Origin: Octopus vulgaris
Taxonomy: Eukaryota
Reading direction: 5' to 3'
DNA: 64,000 nucleotides
Assembly (NCBI GenBank): GCA_951406725.2
Contig: OX597820.1
Span: forward strand, 51,460,001 to 51,524,000
The notes below the pieces were generated by a model. It worked only from the letters and a program-made list of their open reading frames with translations. It did not search any database and was not told the DNA's origin. Position 1 is the stretch's first letter, and each line of letters opens with the position of its first letter. The position numbers and the translations under genes are program-made. Shown here one piece after another: positions 28,201 through 41,705 of the stretch.

Positions 28201-28970
28201 GTGCCAAGTGGCATTACTGTTTACATCACAATTTGTGCAATTTCTGTTTTTGTGTCCACGTCTATGATGTAATCTGCGATTTTAGTAATGGACAGGAAGT
28301 TGGAACAAAGATTCAACGTAAAATTTTGCGTTGAACATGGGAAGTCTACATCAGAGATATTGAGAATGCTTTGGAAATTTTACGGCGACGGGCCCATAAG
28401 TTGTACGCAATGGTACGACTGGCACCGGCGCTTCAAAAGCAAAAGAACGTCACTGGAATACCTGGCACGTGAGTCACCCCCGGAAATGAGGAAAACTTTC
28501 ATCAGCTTTTGCATGGGGATTGTCGGAAAACAACCAATAATATTCTGAAGCGTTTGAAGAAGGACACTCGGCAAAAGTGAAGCGCGAAGAATTGGGGTCT
28601 TGTGAAGACAATGCACCTTGTTTCTGAGCTGTCTTCACTGGTGAGTTTCTCGCTATAAACAACATCGAATGGCTTTACACACGTGTCCTATTCGCCAGAT
28701 TTATCACCTGCAGACTTCCATTTCTTCCTCAAGACGAAAAGGCAGCTCAAATGTCAGCGTTTTACCACCGTTACCAAGACCAATAGGTAATCGCAATAGG
28801 TACTTGACACGACTTCGAAGCCGGATTCCAAACGCGACAGGAACTCTGGAACCCATGTAGTGCTGTGCAAGGTGTCTATTTCGAAGGTGATGATGTTATA
28901 TCCGAAGTAAAAAAAAAATCATTTTAAAAAACAAAACACGTCAGAGGACTTTTTGTAACTCTACCTCTTA
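28200..28970 (+). mobile_element. mariner (Mos1/SETMAR-like) transposon relic, internally deleted
   Basis: EQRFNVKFCVEHGKSTSE...WYDWHRRFKS HTH; DNAP; YSPDLSPADF (YSPDL motif); right end ...ACCTCTTA. Confidence 0.85.
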
Positions 28971-29033
28971 CATGCACATGTATTTGTGGGTTTATATACA
29001 TATATACATACATAAACATATATATATATATAT

Positions 29034-29222
29034 ATATTGAAAAGATTGCAAGACGCAACGAAAATTTTAGGACAATAGAAATAAGAAAAAAGTGGAAATT
29101 TTACCGGTGAATGTGTTAAATGATAAGGCACAAAAAGAAAATGACTCTCCCCTGACACAACAGAATATGCTTCAACACACAAACTCATATAAAGAATCTT
29201 GCAAACCAAATCCAACAACGAT
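29034..29222 (+). mobile_element. Short PLE-terminus-like element beginning with a U3-A8 hammerhead motif
   Basis: Homologous to the reverse complement of 36205-36398; (TA)n on both sides. Confidence 0.7.
29035..29070 (+). ncRNA. Minimal hammerhead motif, U3-A8 variant
   Basis: TA-TTGAAAA-G-ATTGC-AAGAC-GCAAC-GAA-AATT-T-TAG. Confidence 0.55.
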
Positions 29223-29254
29223 ATATATATATGTTTGTATGTCTGTGTTTTTCC

Positions 29255-29448
29255 CCCTAGCATTGCTTGACAACCGATGCTGGTGTGTTTATGTTCCCGT
29301 TACCTAGCGGTTCGGCAAAAGAGTACGATAGAATAAGTACTTGGCTTACAAAAGAATAAGTCCCGGGGTCGAGTTGCTCGATTAAAGGCGGTACTCCAGC
29401 ATGGCCGTAGTCAAATGACTGATACAAGTAAAAGAGTAAAAGAGTAAG
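29255..29448 (+). mobile_element. SINE 3' half, young subfamily
   Basis: CATTGCTTGACAACCGATGCTGG...GGCGGTACTCCAGCATGGCCGTAGTCAAATGACTG...(GAGTAAAA)n. Confidence 0.9.
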
Positions 29449-30679
29449 AGGATATACATATCTGTATAGGCGAGAGATTGAATGACGTGATTGGGAAGAT
29501 ATTTCATGTCTATCGGCGATAAATACTGCAATGTATTAGCACTTCTTTATTTTCGGTGACAATACTTAATGATCATTATAGAATACGCAGCGGGAGATTT
29601 CTCTCAACATTCAATTATATTGTACCAGAAATGTAAACGATGAATCAGTTTGCCTATAAATATCCGGTTCTCCAGGTTCAAAAGACGGACTCAACGGATA
29701 TTTACGAAAATATTTAATGAACATGTACACTAGAGTTTACTGTTTGCTACCTTCCTTGCATCAGTAAAACTTCTCTCATATTAGCACCAATGTTTTTTTA
29801 AATCTTATAGAGTTCGCTCTCCAGAGATGGAATGTTGGTGAATAAATGTTTCCCATCGTGTGAGAAATACGACGTAACGCTTATGGGATCTTTTTCAATT
29901 ACAACACTCATAAATGGTGAAAGCGAAACTGTTGACAGGAATACATTGCAATTTCACTTACACAAAATAGAAATAGATTTCTGAAAGCGACGAAATAGCC
30001 GAGTTGTTAGAGTATCGAGTACAATGCACAACAATATTTGGTCTGTTTCTCAACGCTTTCATTTCAAATATCCTCTGGTGCATCTTAAAGTTTTATTCAT
30101 TCATGTTTAAGATAGAATATTTATATAGGATTGAGGCCTCTTGAAATATTTAAATCGTTTGGAAAGCTGTCATAAGGAATTTTAACCGCAATTTGCGTTG
30201 TAAAATCAATACCTGTGCTGATCGTGGCTGAGAGCCGTTTGGATATTCCCTTCGACATCCTTTGCGACATAGGGAGAAATGATTGAAACCAGGGTAATTT
30301 CCAGTTTTTCCAGGTTTATATATTCAGAATCAAGTAGATGTTTGGTAATGAGCTAAGGAGTGCTTAGAAATTTATCCCTCTCACTTAATCAAATGCTTGT
30401 TCAATACGGGAATTAAGTTTTTATAATTTAGTCTCTGACACAATTGTTCAAAAATTCTACAAAAGGTATCCAAATAGGCTAGATCTACGATGAGTTCAAT
30501 GTTATTCAGTCTTGTCACTGATTGTTGATGTTGCGACCACAAGTCAACAATGGCGTCTTTCGATTACATGTAAATATGCTCCGACCCCAAGCATGTATTT
30601 TCTATAATAGTTATTATTTGGGAGCTTTCATAAAATGAAATATTGTCATCAAATGATATAAATTTTAGTAATCTTTTTT

Positions 30680-31050
30680 CGGTCATTAGTCTGCGTTTGA
30701 TCTGGGGCACAACCTTGAAGAATGAAATCTACCCCTGTACTTATTTTTATCTAAGCCACTTTTGCCGAGTCACTAATTTACGGGAACGTTAACTCTCCAA
30801 GATACACACGCGCGCACGCATACATGCGCACTCGCTCGCACACTTACACGCACACGCGCACACAAACGCATATATTTACACACATATATATATATATACA
30901 TAGATGACGGACATCATTATGTTTCCATGAACCAATTTACTAAGATGGTTTTGGTCAGTCCGAGGCTATAGTAGAAGACACTTGCAGAAAGTGCCACGCA
31001 GTGAAGCTGAACACGGACGCATGTCGTTAGGGAAGTAAATTTCACACCAT
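30680..31050 (-). mobile_element. Degenerate full-length SINE
   Basis: GTCATTAG.CTGCG...TTTTGCCGAG...GGCTATAGTAGAAGACACTTGC...GTGCCACGCAGTG. Confidence 0.7.
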
Positions 31051-31779
31051 ACAGCAACGCTTGTGCCTGCTGATAATTAAATAAATACACTTACATCAAT
31101 GGAGACAGTTCTACAGTAATTTCTAAATGACTTACTTATTAACTTCTTGTGAATTCGGTTGTATTTTGTTGGCTTGATATAAGAGAATTAAAAGGAAATT
31201 TTAATGTAATATTATATAATTACTTTCGAGTGTTTTCATGAATTTCCTAAAACGATTATGCGCTTCTATGTGGGCATGCTGTCCTACCGATTACATTTCT
31301 ATAATAATAATAATAGATTCGAATATCTAAATTGATGCGTCAAGGAAGAGACTGATGCAAGTAGCAAACGCAGAAACAAGGAAATTAAGATTGTGCATAT
31401 GATATTTTGTTTTCCTATTATAGAGGGAACCACTTTATTCAATGATAGGCAGACTACACACAGTTGCCCATACAACAAGACATATCAAACCATTCAATAC
31501 GAACAGACGCAAAAGCATTTATGTTCACACACATATATATGTATTTGTTCAAACATTGACATGTGCTTAACCGCTTTACTTTGCATTCATCTGGTGTCGG
31601 TGTTCCATCACATTGCGTGTTCCTTCGGATAGGTTACGTTCTTACATGGCCTACTAATAAATTTTTATTGAAAATTCTTCTGTTAGGAAACCTGTCAAAT
31701 ACTTTTACATGCATAAACACATCGATGCATACATATATATGATATATATGTGTACATGTCTCTACACACTAGACATCGA

Positions 31780-33317
31780 CATGAAATACAATCATTCCAT
31801 GTCCATAGTAAAAGTAATATGCAACAAATCTATCCCATTGTGTAAGGCCAGCATGAGAAAGGAATATTCTTATGAGACGACGGACACAGATTTCGAACCG
31901 CCTGAGCAAGTATCCCAAAAGTGGCGAGAAGTCTCGTCTAGAGAGATTGCTATTGGAAATTGAGAAACGTCTGCATCAGTCTCATGAAAAAGAGAGAGCA
32001 AACAAAGAAGCTTTGATTATAGAAAATATCAAGTGAAACCCTAAAGCTTTTTAAAGTTTGCAAGAGAAACATTCTTAATATGCCACAAAATAGGACCCCT
32101 CTTCCAAAAAGATGGCTCCTCACAGGAAACCCCAAAAGTTTACCATGGTATGATATGCTACAAACTGCGCGATCTCGACATATGCGGAAAGCTTGGAGAA
32201 TGGATGTACACCTTTCAAACGGATAGACGTCAGGCGGTAGTGGCCAATGGAGCCACCTCCAACGAAACGCATATAGCAAGTGCTGTTCCACAGGGCACTG
32301 TCTTAGGACCACTTCTGTTCATAGTGGCCCTCACAGACGTGCCCTCGGCTGCTCAGGTAGCCCCCGTTGCTAGCTATGCAGATGAAACAAATGTCTCTCA
32401 GACAATACAAAATCCTGGAAATATTTGGACGTAATATACGGGTGGACTGAGGACAACATGCAGTTTAATGCAGGGAAATTCGAGGCACTACGCTACCATC
32501 ACAGAAAGCTAAATGACATGCAGACAGGATACACTGGCCCAGAAGGAATTGAAATCCGTGAAAAAAATTCAGTGGGTGACCTGGGCATTGACATGAGCAA
32601 TGATGAATCTTTTTAAGTGCATATTACCAATTTGGTAATAAAATGCAAACGACTGGCTGGCTGGATCCTCCGAACTTTCAAAACAAGAGAAAAGAAGACA
32701 TTGATGATCCTTTGCAGGACACACGTTCTCAGCCGCTTAGACTCTTGCTCCCAACTATGGTCACCACACAATAAAAAAAAATCGCGGCGGAATTCGAAGC
32801 AATCCGATGAAGCTACACTAAGAAACATCGTCTCGATGCAGCTACCGGGAAAGACTTAAAGAATAAAAGCTCTTCTCCCTGGAAAGAAGGCGGTTGAGAT
32901 ACGCAGTGATATACATCTTGAAAATTCTAGAATGCCTTGTACCAAACTTTGGCATTGAAAGTTACTCAAACTGTAGAACGGGGCGCCGCTGCATAGTGCC
33001 AAATATCCCAGCATCGCCCTCCAAGTACAGGATCAGATACTGCAACAGTTTGCGGTTCAAGGATCCACAACTCTTTAATATCCTTCCAAAATGCCTGAGA
33101 GACCTGCATAGTGAGAATGTGTCTTTAAAACAAAATTAGATCTCTTCCTGTTATGGGTTCCAGACGAACCTACCTCACTGCAGGAAATACAGTTGAGCGC
33201 AGCAGCATCAAAGTCCGTCATTGACCAAATCCACATATCAGAAGAGGTTCCAAATAACGGTGTAGCTTAGTCAACGGTGGTGCTCCATCCAGAGCGCAGC
33301 TTTGCTACTGAAAATAG
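31780..33317 (+). mobile_element. CR1/jockey-group LINE, 3' part of ORF2 (RT) and 3' UTR; frameshifted
   Basis: GKLGEW...DRRQAVVANG...VPQGTVLGPLLF...YADET; NMQFNAGKF; DLGI; ILRTFKTRE; CSQLWSPH; RYAVIYILKILE. The 3' tail resembles the SINE tail. Confidence 0.9.
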
Positions 33318-33319
33318 TT

Positions 33320-33370
<51 letters not shown>

Positions 33371-35425
33371 ATACACATAAGTATGTTTGTATGTATGTAT
33401 GTATGTAGGTAGGTAGGTATGTAAAAACAGGTAGGTAGGAAGGAAAGCAGGCAGTAGGTGACTATTTATGTATGTTAAACTACCAAGACAATACTAGGTA
33501 AAGTTCTTAATATTTGCGAAAATGCTTTTTCCTGCATAATTATTTGATATGGCAAGCTCAGTAATAATTATGGATCTGCTCTTTGAGGACTAGCGTATAG
33601 CCTATTAACAGCAACAACACATTTAATTCCTCCACAAAAAAAGGCATCTAACTGAATATTAACAAAATGAACAGATTTACAATTAATTACAAATTAATGA
33701 TATAAAGAAACCGAAGACATTTAGGGGCATGTGACCTTATATATATATGTTGCACCTTCATAATTCTTTTTGCAATAGACATAAGGCATGAACTTTGGAG
33801 GATTGGGAAGAAAAGCAAAATCGACAACGGTGGTGTTTGAAATAGAAACTAATAACGGACGAATGTTACCTAAGTTTTCCCCCGGTATGCTAAGTGTTCT
33901 TTGAATTCGTCATCTTATAATGTCTTCAAAATATTATAGAAGAATTGTAAGGTGTGGAAAGAAATCATGCATCACAGATCTGTTCAGAATTGTTCTGAAG
34001 TAAAGAAAAGAGCGTTATAAATTGTTCGCCTCATCTTGCTCTACCGACGCTAAACAATTTAATATCACCTATAAGAGAAAATATAAAAAAAAAAACGTCT
34101 ATCAACCTCACACCTACGTTAATAATGTTTTCAAACTCAGATACAATGTAAGAAATATAAAGTGTGTAGATACTCGATAACAATAACTTCAGTTCTAGGC
34201 TAGTTCTTCACACTATTGAACCTGGATATTTGATCAACAAATTCGGCTTCGGTACGATTTTATCCGAAAGCATAAAATGAGCAAAATAAAATGTTCGTAA
34301 TATAGTTGAAAGCTGAGCAATTTAGAGGATAGCTTAGGGTAGTTTATTTAATTTTGTTGAATCCCTTATTTCAATAGAACTCTATTTTATAGACACCGAA
34401 GAGATAAAGAACTGGAGTCGAAATCATTAGACTTGAAACTGGAATGTAAATTGTAGTTAAATACAAGAAGTCTCTGCGATGTCGGAGTCTGCCGCTCTGA
34501 AAATACACAAGAAATATTGCAAGTTATTTTGCCCAATGCCGGAACGAAACTAAATATAGTATACTAAAAATTGCTTCTCACACAAGCACAACTCCATGAA
34601 TTTATGGGGATATGATTATTCAATGAAATCTAACCGAGTACCAGAATTGTACCTTAATTTATAAAATCACGAAGAATGAAAAGACAAGTTAAACTCAACA
34701 AGATATTAGCTCTTATAGTATTATAAATAAACAGAGACACATACTAAAGCTCAATAGCTAGCATACTATTCACAATGTATCTTTTATTAAAATACCAACG
34801 TATCTTTTATTACAATATTAACGTTACAACATATTCCGTAAATCATTTAAAAGTTTTACCGATCGAAATGGCAAGATACGCATGGTGAATTACGTAATAT
34901 CTAGAATATCAATTCCTTATAATCACTAACAACATAACGCAACGCGCTACATTACTAGAAGTGCACGAACATCGTTCATGCTCTATCACTCCACACACAT
35001 CACTAAAAGTATAACTAAATCCACACCGTCACCTCCAATTACTGAAAAATCATATTACAAATCAAGAATAAAAAAATATATACAGTTAATCCCTTGCAAC
35101 AAATACCAGTGAAGCATAACATAATAAAAACTATTATTGAGTTAAAGGATTCATAACGTAGAATAATTATAATGTAGTTAATTGTATTAAAACAGAAAAC
35201 AATTATGCTATCTATAATGCAATGGAGGATAATTTTTAAATATTCCTTAGATGATGGGGAAGAATTTAAATCAGGCTTCGCTTCTGGTAAGCAAATTAAA
35301 GACCTTACAGCGCAGTTTACACTAATGCCTGAAGGCAGTAGTTTAATGAAAGAATTGAATTAATAACTATTGAATTACTTTATGTATATACGTCCATAAT
35401 TACATATATACATACACCCATACAA

Positions 35426-35488
<63 letters not shown>

Positions 35489-36204
35489 CAAATAAAATTA
35501 ATGAAGTGAATATGTATTTTCAAACTGATTTATTTCTCCTAACACTGAGTTTAAGCAAAATGTTGCAGCCAATAGCTCGGGCCACTTTTATTCAGCTTGG
35601 TCGCAGGTAATTTATTTTCGTTCAGTGCCTGGTGGTTGCCTTATAAGTGCCGTGTGTAACAAAAATACCATTCGTAGCAGACGTTCTCTCGTCATAGTTC
35701 ACACTCGCCTGACTCCTGCTCAGAAGTTACAGCATAAATTGTTATGCTTAATCGTAAAAATTAAAATTAATTCAAATTCAATGATTTTTTGAAACAATAA
35801 ATTTCTTTAGAGATTAGTATTTAAATTCTATATATATGAAAAGTTTCCGTTCTACAATATTCTTAAAGGAACAAAAATATTATCCAGCAATTCAGGCTAA
35901 TATGAACAAACCTGGTAGGTGTCAAATGCTAAGGGGCATATCTGGTCAAGAGTACAAGGAACAGTCAGATTGCTAACGTATGTTATGCTCTCCGCTGTCC
36001 TAATTTGATTATTGCTGTTATACTGTGCGTTTGTGTGTAAATATCGGCTGTATTTTGCCGAGTTGCTTTATTTTTACCCCTAATTAGAGAAAGAAATAGT
36101 GCTATATACATTAAAACAATTAGCCATTTGCGGCTAGAAATAAAACGATAAAAGTGAAATTCTTCCACTGTCTTATGCAAATATATATATATATATATAT
36201 ATAT

Positions 36205-36398
36205 ATCGCTTTTGAATTTGCTTTGCAAGATTCTTTATGTGAGTTCGTGTGTTAAAGCATATTCTGTTGTGTCTGGGGTGAGTCATTCTCTTTTAGTGCA
36301 TTATAATTTAAAACACTCACTGGTAAAATTTCCACTTATTTCTTTTTTATTTTTCTAAAATTTTCGTTTCGTCCTGCAACATTTTCAATAGTTTTGAC
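36205..36398 (-). mobile_element. Second copy of the U3-A8 hammerhead-bearing short element
   Basis: Reverse complement aligns with 29034-29222; adjoins (TA)n. Confidence 0.7.
36355..36391 (-). ncRNA. Minimal hammerhead motif, U3-A8 variant
   Basis: CTA-TTGAAAA-T-GTTGC-AGGAC-GAAAC-GAA-AATT-T-TAG; stem I is CTA/TAG. Confidence 0.55.
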
Positions 36399-37829
36399 AC
36401 TGTCTGTTATTCATACTGCGTTGTTTTTGGTTGTGCGCATGTGTGGGAGTTTGTGTGTTTGTGTATATTATGCATGTACATGTATACATATTTATATCAT
36501 ACACATATACATAGATATTTATTGAGACTCACATAGATCAAATCGGCAATAACTATTCCATTTTAATGTCTCACTAGTCGAGGAAGATTAAATACTTCAA
36601 ATATTTACTTTTTAGTAAAATCAATAAAGAATTCCAATAAAATTGTATTGTTATTTCTCTTAGCTGCCTTATATTGATCAGCTCCTCCCTGTATCTCTCC
36701 TCTTAATCGAACACATACAATTGTTTCCCTGTTTCACTCCTTTTAACATATTGTTGGGTGGGGCAGTGTTTCATATCTTATAGATGAACGTGTCAGATGT
36801 CCACTATATTTTCTAACCACGACAAGTTTGTAACCTAAACAATAATATTGTATATTAAAGAGAGCAATATTATCACAAGCGCGTTATGTTTAAAACGAGC
36901 AGGTAAATAATTCAATTCTCTTTTTGACAATAGATAATTTGATATGGAGAGAATATTAGTGTTTAGATCAATGAAAACTCGCGTATAAATATGTGCCACA
37001 AGTAACATATTCTAAAATTATTCATTATTAGAATGGTTACTTGACTGCTATTTCTAGTAAACAATCCATTCATCGAAGTCTATTTTACGTTACTATCGCT
37101 ACATTAGGATTACTACCGAAAATTCAGATGGAAAATGTGGTATCGTAATTTATCATTGTCATTGATAAATTGTTTTTGGTGGTCGTTATATGTGTGTGTG
37201 TGTGCTGTTGTGTATGCCGGTGAGTGCAATTTGTTGAAGTGAAAATAAATCCCATGCAATCTACGCCAATTTTATTCACATAACACACGAATATATGACT
37301 TGAATCAACGGGTTTCATATATCATGCGATTGAAACTATTTAATATATTTTTAATTATATTCAGGGCAATGAAACATAAAATTATTTACTGGATTATAGA
37401 CGGAGTATATTTAAATGCAGATATATTACGTGTGTGCGTATATACGTGTGTGGGAAATTGCATCGAGACACTGTGTGGCTTTATTTGCATTTATTCACAC
37501 GACTGGATACGAGAATATAGGAATTATCGTTATATTTATTAACTTGCACAGACATTGGCTAATTTCCCTTTTAGCATTAGCGAGAGTTGAATTAAACATT
37601 ATATTTTGTAATTAGCGTTTGCAGAGGTCAATAAAACAGGTCATATTCTTTGTATACGTAAGTATATATGGATAATAGGAGTACTTAGCAATTATAATTA
37701 TTAGTTCAACCTGATTTCAATTTGTTTTTATGCATACATAATTACGTATATGCATACAAATATGTGAGCTTCCATGTGTATAGATATGTGCATGTGTGTG
37801 TGCAAGTGTGTAATTATAATTTTCCTTCG

Positions 37830-38660
37830 AAAAACATAGCGTAGAAGTGCTCAACTCGAATCCAAGGCACTAAACAAGAATAATAGATACAACTGAAAAG
37901 TTCAAATCAGGCAGACTACGATTAACACATACATATACAGGCTTAATTAGGATAAAGTAAGAATTGCCCAATGACTTCTGGGGGTTGACTGGCGGTGTAA
38001 TGTAGAGGAGTTAACTCCAAAGGGATAACAGGTGCAGTTATAAGGATTTAAGTGTCAGTAACTTAGAGGTTGTTGGCAGTTCATATTTATAAAGGGAGCC
38101 ATATACAAGTATAAAGTATAAATCGAGTGTCGGTCCGATCTAGCGTGCAGGGAGACTCGTTGCCGTAATTATATTTAGTTTTGAAGAGGGCAAAGAAAAA
38201 AGGTGTTGGAAGGGAAAATTTTGCGTGTAAGTAGCGTTGGTGGTTCTCGACTAAAAAGAATTATAGGAATAAATAGGCTAGCGTGGGATGTTGAATATGT
38301 ATATAATTATTGGTTTATAATGTGGGTTAGGATTAGTGTAATGTAGAATATAGCGTTTAATTATTTATAATGTATGCTAGTTCAGTTAGCAAAAGGTTAA
38401 GGGGAGGTAACGCGCGAATAAGTAGGTCAGTTTGTAGGGTTAAGGCTAGGAGGTAGTGATGTATACAGGATTGAGCGTGTTTAATGAAACTTAGAAAATA
38501 CATATTGGGCTATATGTAGACAAAAAGTAATTAATTTCCATATCTCCTATTGAGTAGAGGCGGTTTAGCCATTAATATTTGTAGGCCTTCTGTTAAACAA
38601 AGATCACACCGCTCATTGGTAGTGATATAAGATGAGGTGTTTTGCTAGGATATGTCGCGA
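37830..38660 (-). mobile_element. Penelope-like element 3' end (GIY-YIG C-terminus and UTR)
   Basis: ILAK..SYITTNERCDLCLTEGLQILMAKPPLLNRR at about 38655-38545 matches the PLE RCxLCLxEKxxI...LLNKR motif. Confidence 0.7.
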
Positions 38661-38669
38661 AGGCATGCA

Positions 38670-39070
38670 AATAGAAGCTTGCCGAAAACCCTGTAAGAAA
38701 ACCTCATGAGAAATAATTTACATTGAAGTCATATATCCGACATTTCTTACCACAATCCTTCACCCCAATCTTCAACAAAAGGAATAGTTAAGTTCCCGGT
38801 AAGCGTCATCAAGTCCCATTTCCAATACCATTAAACTGCTTAAAACAATGCATTTTTTGATAAGAAGTGGTAAAATTAATTCATGCAAGGTTTCAAAACC
38901 CTGGCATCATTCCTGTATAGAACACATAGCTTAAGCTTTGCAGTCAAACCTCGTCTTTTTTTGTCATTAGCAATCTTCAGGTAAATATTTATGTAATAGT
39001 AGCATTAACAAACAAATATTGCATTTCACATTTGACAACTGCAGCGAAAGGACCAAATTTGTCTGTTAAA
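38670..39070 (-). mobile_element. Possible hAT transposase fragment
   Basis: Stop-riddled AMCS...GFETLHELILPLL resembles the hAT LCxTRW...FxELxxP region. Confidence 0.3.
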
Positions 39071-39199
39071 TCGTAATGGTTTGATGGAAGTAGTAACACA
39101 GTTGACATTGAATGCTCTTAAGCATAGAAAGAAATTTCATATTAAAAATTACTCCTGAATATTATTACAGTTTTGAGTGAAATCTAATTTAAATCAGTA

Positions 39200-39430
39200 T
39201 TCTTCTTTTTTCCCCTCTTCGTCTTTTTCTCTTCTTCTTCTTCTTCTTCTTCTTCTTCTTCTTCTTCTTCTTCTTCTTCTTCTTCTTCTTCTTCTTCTTC
39301 TTCTTCTTCTTCCTCCTCTTCTTCTTCTTTCTTGACCGTCACCTCCCCCTCCTCTTCTTCTTCTTCTCATCCATCATCATCATCATCTTCTTCTTCTTCT
39401 TCTTCTTCTTCTTCTTCTTCTTCTCCTTCT
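39200..39430. repeat. (TTC)n microsatellite
   Basis: Direct inspection. Confidence 0.95.
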
Positions 39431-40308
39431 ATTCAATGAGGTTTAAGCTTCTTAAGAAAATTATCTTCTGTTACTCTTCTTCAAGCTTCATATACTCTGT
39501 GTCCTCGTGCCAATATTATAACATGTTAATACTTTTATAATTATTATTCATTTGCCATGTTTATAGATATGTAGACTGCAGCTCTATATACTTTGGGCTA
39601 TACAGTATTTGTATTGGTTTTGAAACTTTTTTTCTTTATTCTAATTGTCCTACATAGTATATGTGTTGAGAGTAGCAGTCATTTATTTCACTTTATTCAG
39701 GACGTTTTTAATTTGCATGTTTTCCGTTATGTGTATACCTGCGCATTCTTTTCCATACTTCCGAGAAGATATATTATTATAGAGACTATTTAAGATTACA
39801 TGCCCCACATTCGAGTTATTTTTATTTTCAGAAATATATTATTGCCCTATAGATGCAATACGTCGATTAGGACACATTTTTCTTAGTGTTCCTTTGCATC
39901 AGTAACTAGAAGATTATCCATTAACTTATTGTCTGAATGTATTGGCCTTACCCAGAATATGGGCGCTTTGACTTTTCCCGCGTCTGTTTATCAAAATGCC
40001 CGTCATAATCCTTATCATCAACATCGCCCCCGTCGTCTCGTCGTCATTATCATCCTCATCTAATGATGATGATCATCATCATCAGCAGCAGCCGTTCAAG
40101 GATTTGGACCTTGGGATCTCCATTTCCAGCGACTTCGAGGGACACCTTCCTGTGGTGTCGGGCGTCAACGAAGAGCCCTTGACTACAACAAGACGACCAT
40201 AGTATTTTATATTTACCAAGGTATGGGATCTCCCGCCCCAAAGCCCTAGACCATCACCTAATCACCCTTATCCGTCTTGTTGCTTAACAACAACCACAGC
40301 AGCAGCAA

Positions 40309-40377
<69 letters not shown>

Positions 40378-40515
40378 TAGTATTAGAAGAAAAAGAAGAA
40401 GAAGAAGAAGAAGAAGAAGAAGAAGAAGAAGAAGAAGAAGAAGAAGAAGAAGAAGAAGAAGAAGAAGAAGAAGAAGAAGAAGAAGAAGAAGAAGAAGAAG
40501 AAGAGGAGGAGGAGG
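40309..40515. repeat. (TAG)n followed by (GAA)n microsatellite
   Basis: Direct inspection. Confidence 0.95.
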
Positions 40516-41201
40516 AAAAGAATATTAATAAGAAGAAACAGCAGCAGTAGTTTTGTTGGTAGAAGATGGAGGAGTATTATCTGGACTGTCTTAATTGGAA
40601 TATGTTAGGACGTGAATTATATTGATGTTTTACATTTTTTTTTTCATCTCAAATTTCTACATACATTCGGTCAATATTTTCTCTGGAAAAAATCTAATCT
40701 GATTTCATCAAATAAACAAAGAATTAATATGATCTTACTCCATTTGTCATTTAAATCCAACGACTTCCTCAATTTTCTTGTTTTCGTGGTTGTTGTTGTA
40801 GCAGTTATTATTATCATTACTATTATTAGCATCATCATCATCATCATTATGATCACCATCATTATTCTTTATTTTCATTGTTGTTATTATTTGTATCATC
40901 GTTATTATTATTTTTTTTAAATTTGAAATGCTTATATTTACGATCATTATATTATTTATCAGTGCTGTGTTTTGCCTTGTTTTCCTTATCATCATCATCA
41001 TTGATCTAGCCATTAGCATCAGTGTCAACTTAATATTCAGCATCATACTTTCTGTTCGTCTCATCTTCAATCTACGAAATTATTATTTACAGTAAACGAC
41101 GAATCGAAAACAAGGTTAGGATATGCATAAAATAAATAAGAAAAATTTTGATCGATAATATAAAACATGTCAACAAGGAAAATAGTAATTATGTTACCAT
41201 C

Positions 41202-41612
41202 TAAGGCAGCAAGCTGGCAGAGACGTTAGCACGCCGGGTGGAATTCTTAGAGGTATTTTGTCTCTTAAATTCTGAGTTCAAATTCCTCTGAGGTCGACTT
41301 TGCTTTTCATCATTTCGGAGTCTATAAATTATGCACCAGTTGCGTTCTGTAGTCGATCTAATCGACTGGCCACCTTCCAACCAAAATTTCGGTTCTTCTG
41401 CCTGGAGCAGTCAAGATTATTATTCTTAACTTTTAAGGCGGCGAAATGGCAGATACGTTTGCATGCCGGGCGAAATATTTAGTGGTATTTAGTCTCTCTT
41501 TAAGTTCTGAGTTCAAATTCTACCGAGGTCGACTTTGTCTTTCATATTTTCGGGGTCGATAAATTAAGTACCAACATTCCAGACCTTCTTCCTAGAGTAG
41601 AACAGAATTATG
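41202..41612 (+). mobile_element. Two tandem tRNA-derived SINE copies
   Basis: AAGGC.GC.A..TGGCAGA.ACGTT.GCA.GCCGGG...TTCTGAGTTCAAATTC...GAGGTCGACTTTG starts at about 41203 and about 41435. Confidence 0.85.
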
Positions 41613-41705
41613 CTATTCTCTATAATGGCAATTAAATGGAAAAGGAACGGCGTCAGCTTAAAAAGCAAACGACACTGGCTGCCCGTTCTTTTCGACGATA
41701 GTCTA

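Noticed and set aside
39815-39960. Splice-acceptor-like TTTTATTTTCAG followed by a possible exon
   Set aside because: No recognisable peptide or matching donor; such motifs are common in AT-rich DNA.
40277-40528. Poly-Ser/poly-Arg protamine-like ORF
   Set aside because: Translation of (TAG)n(GAA)n microsatellites.
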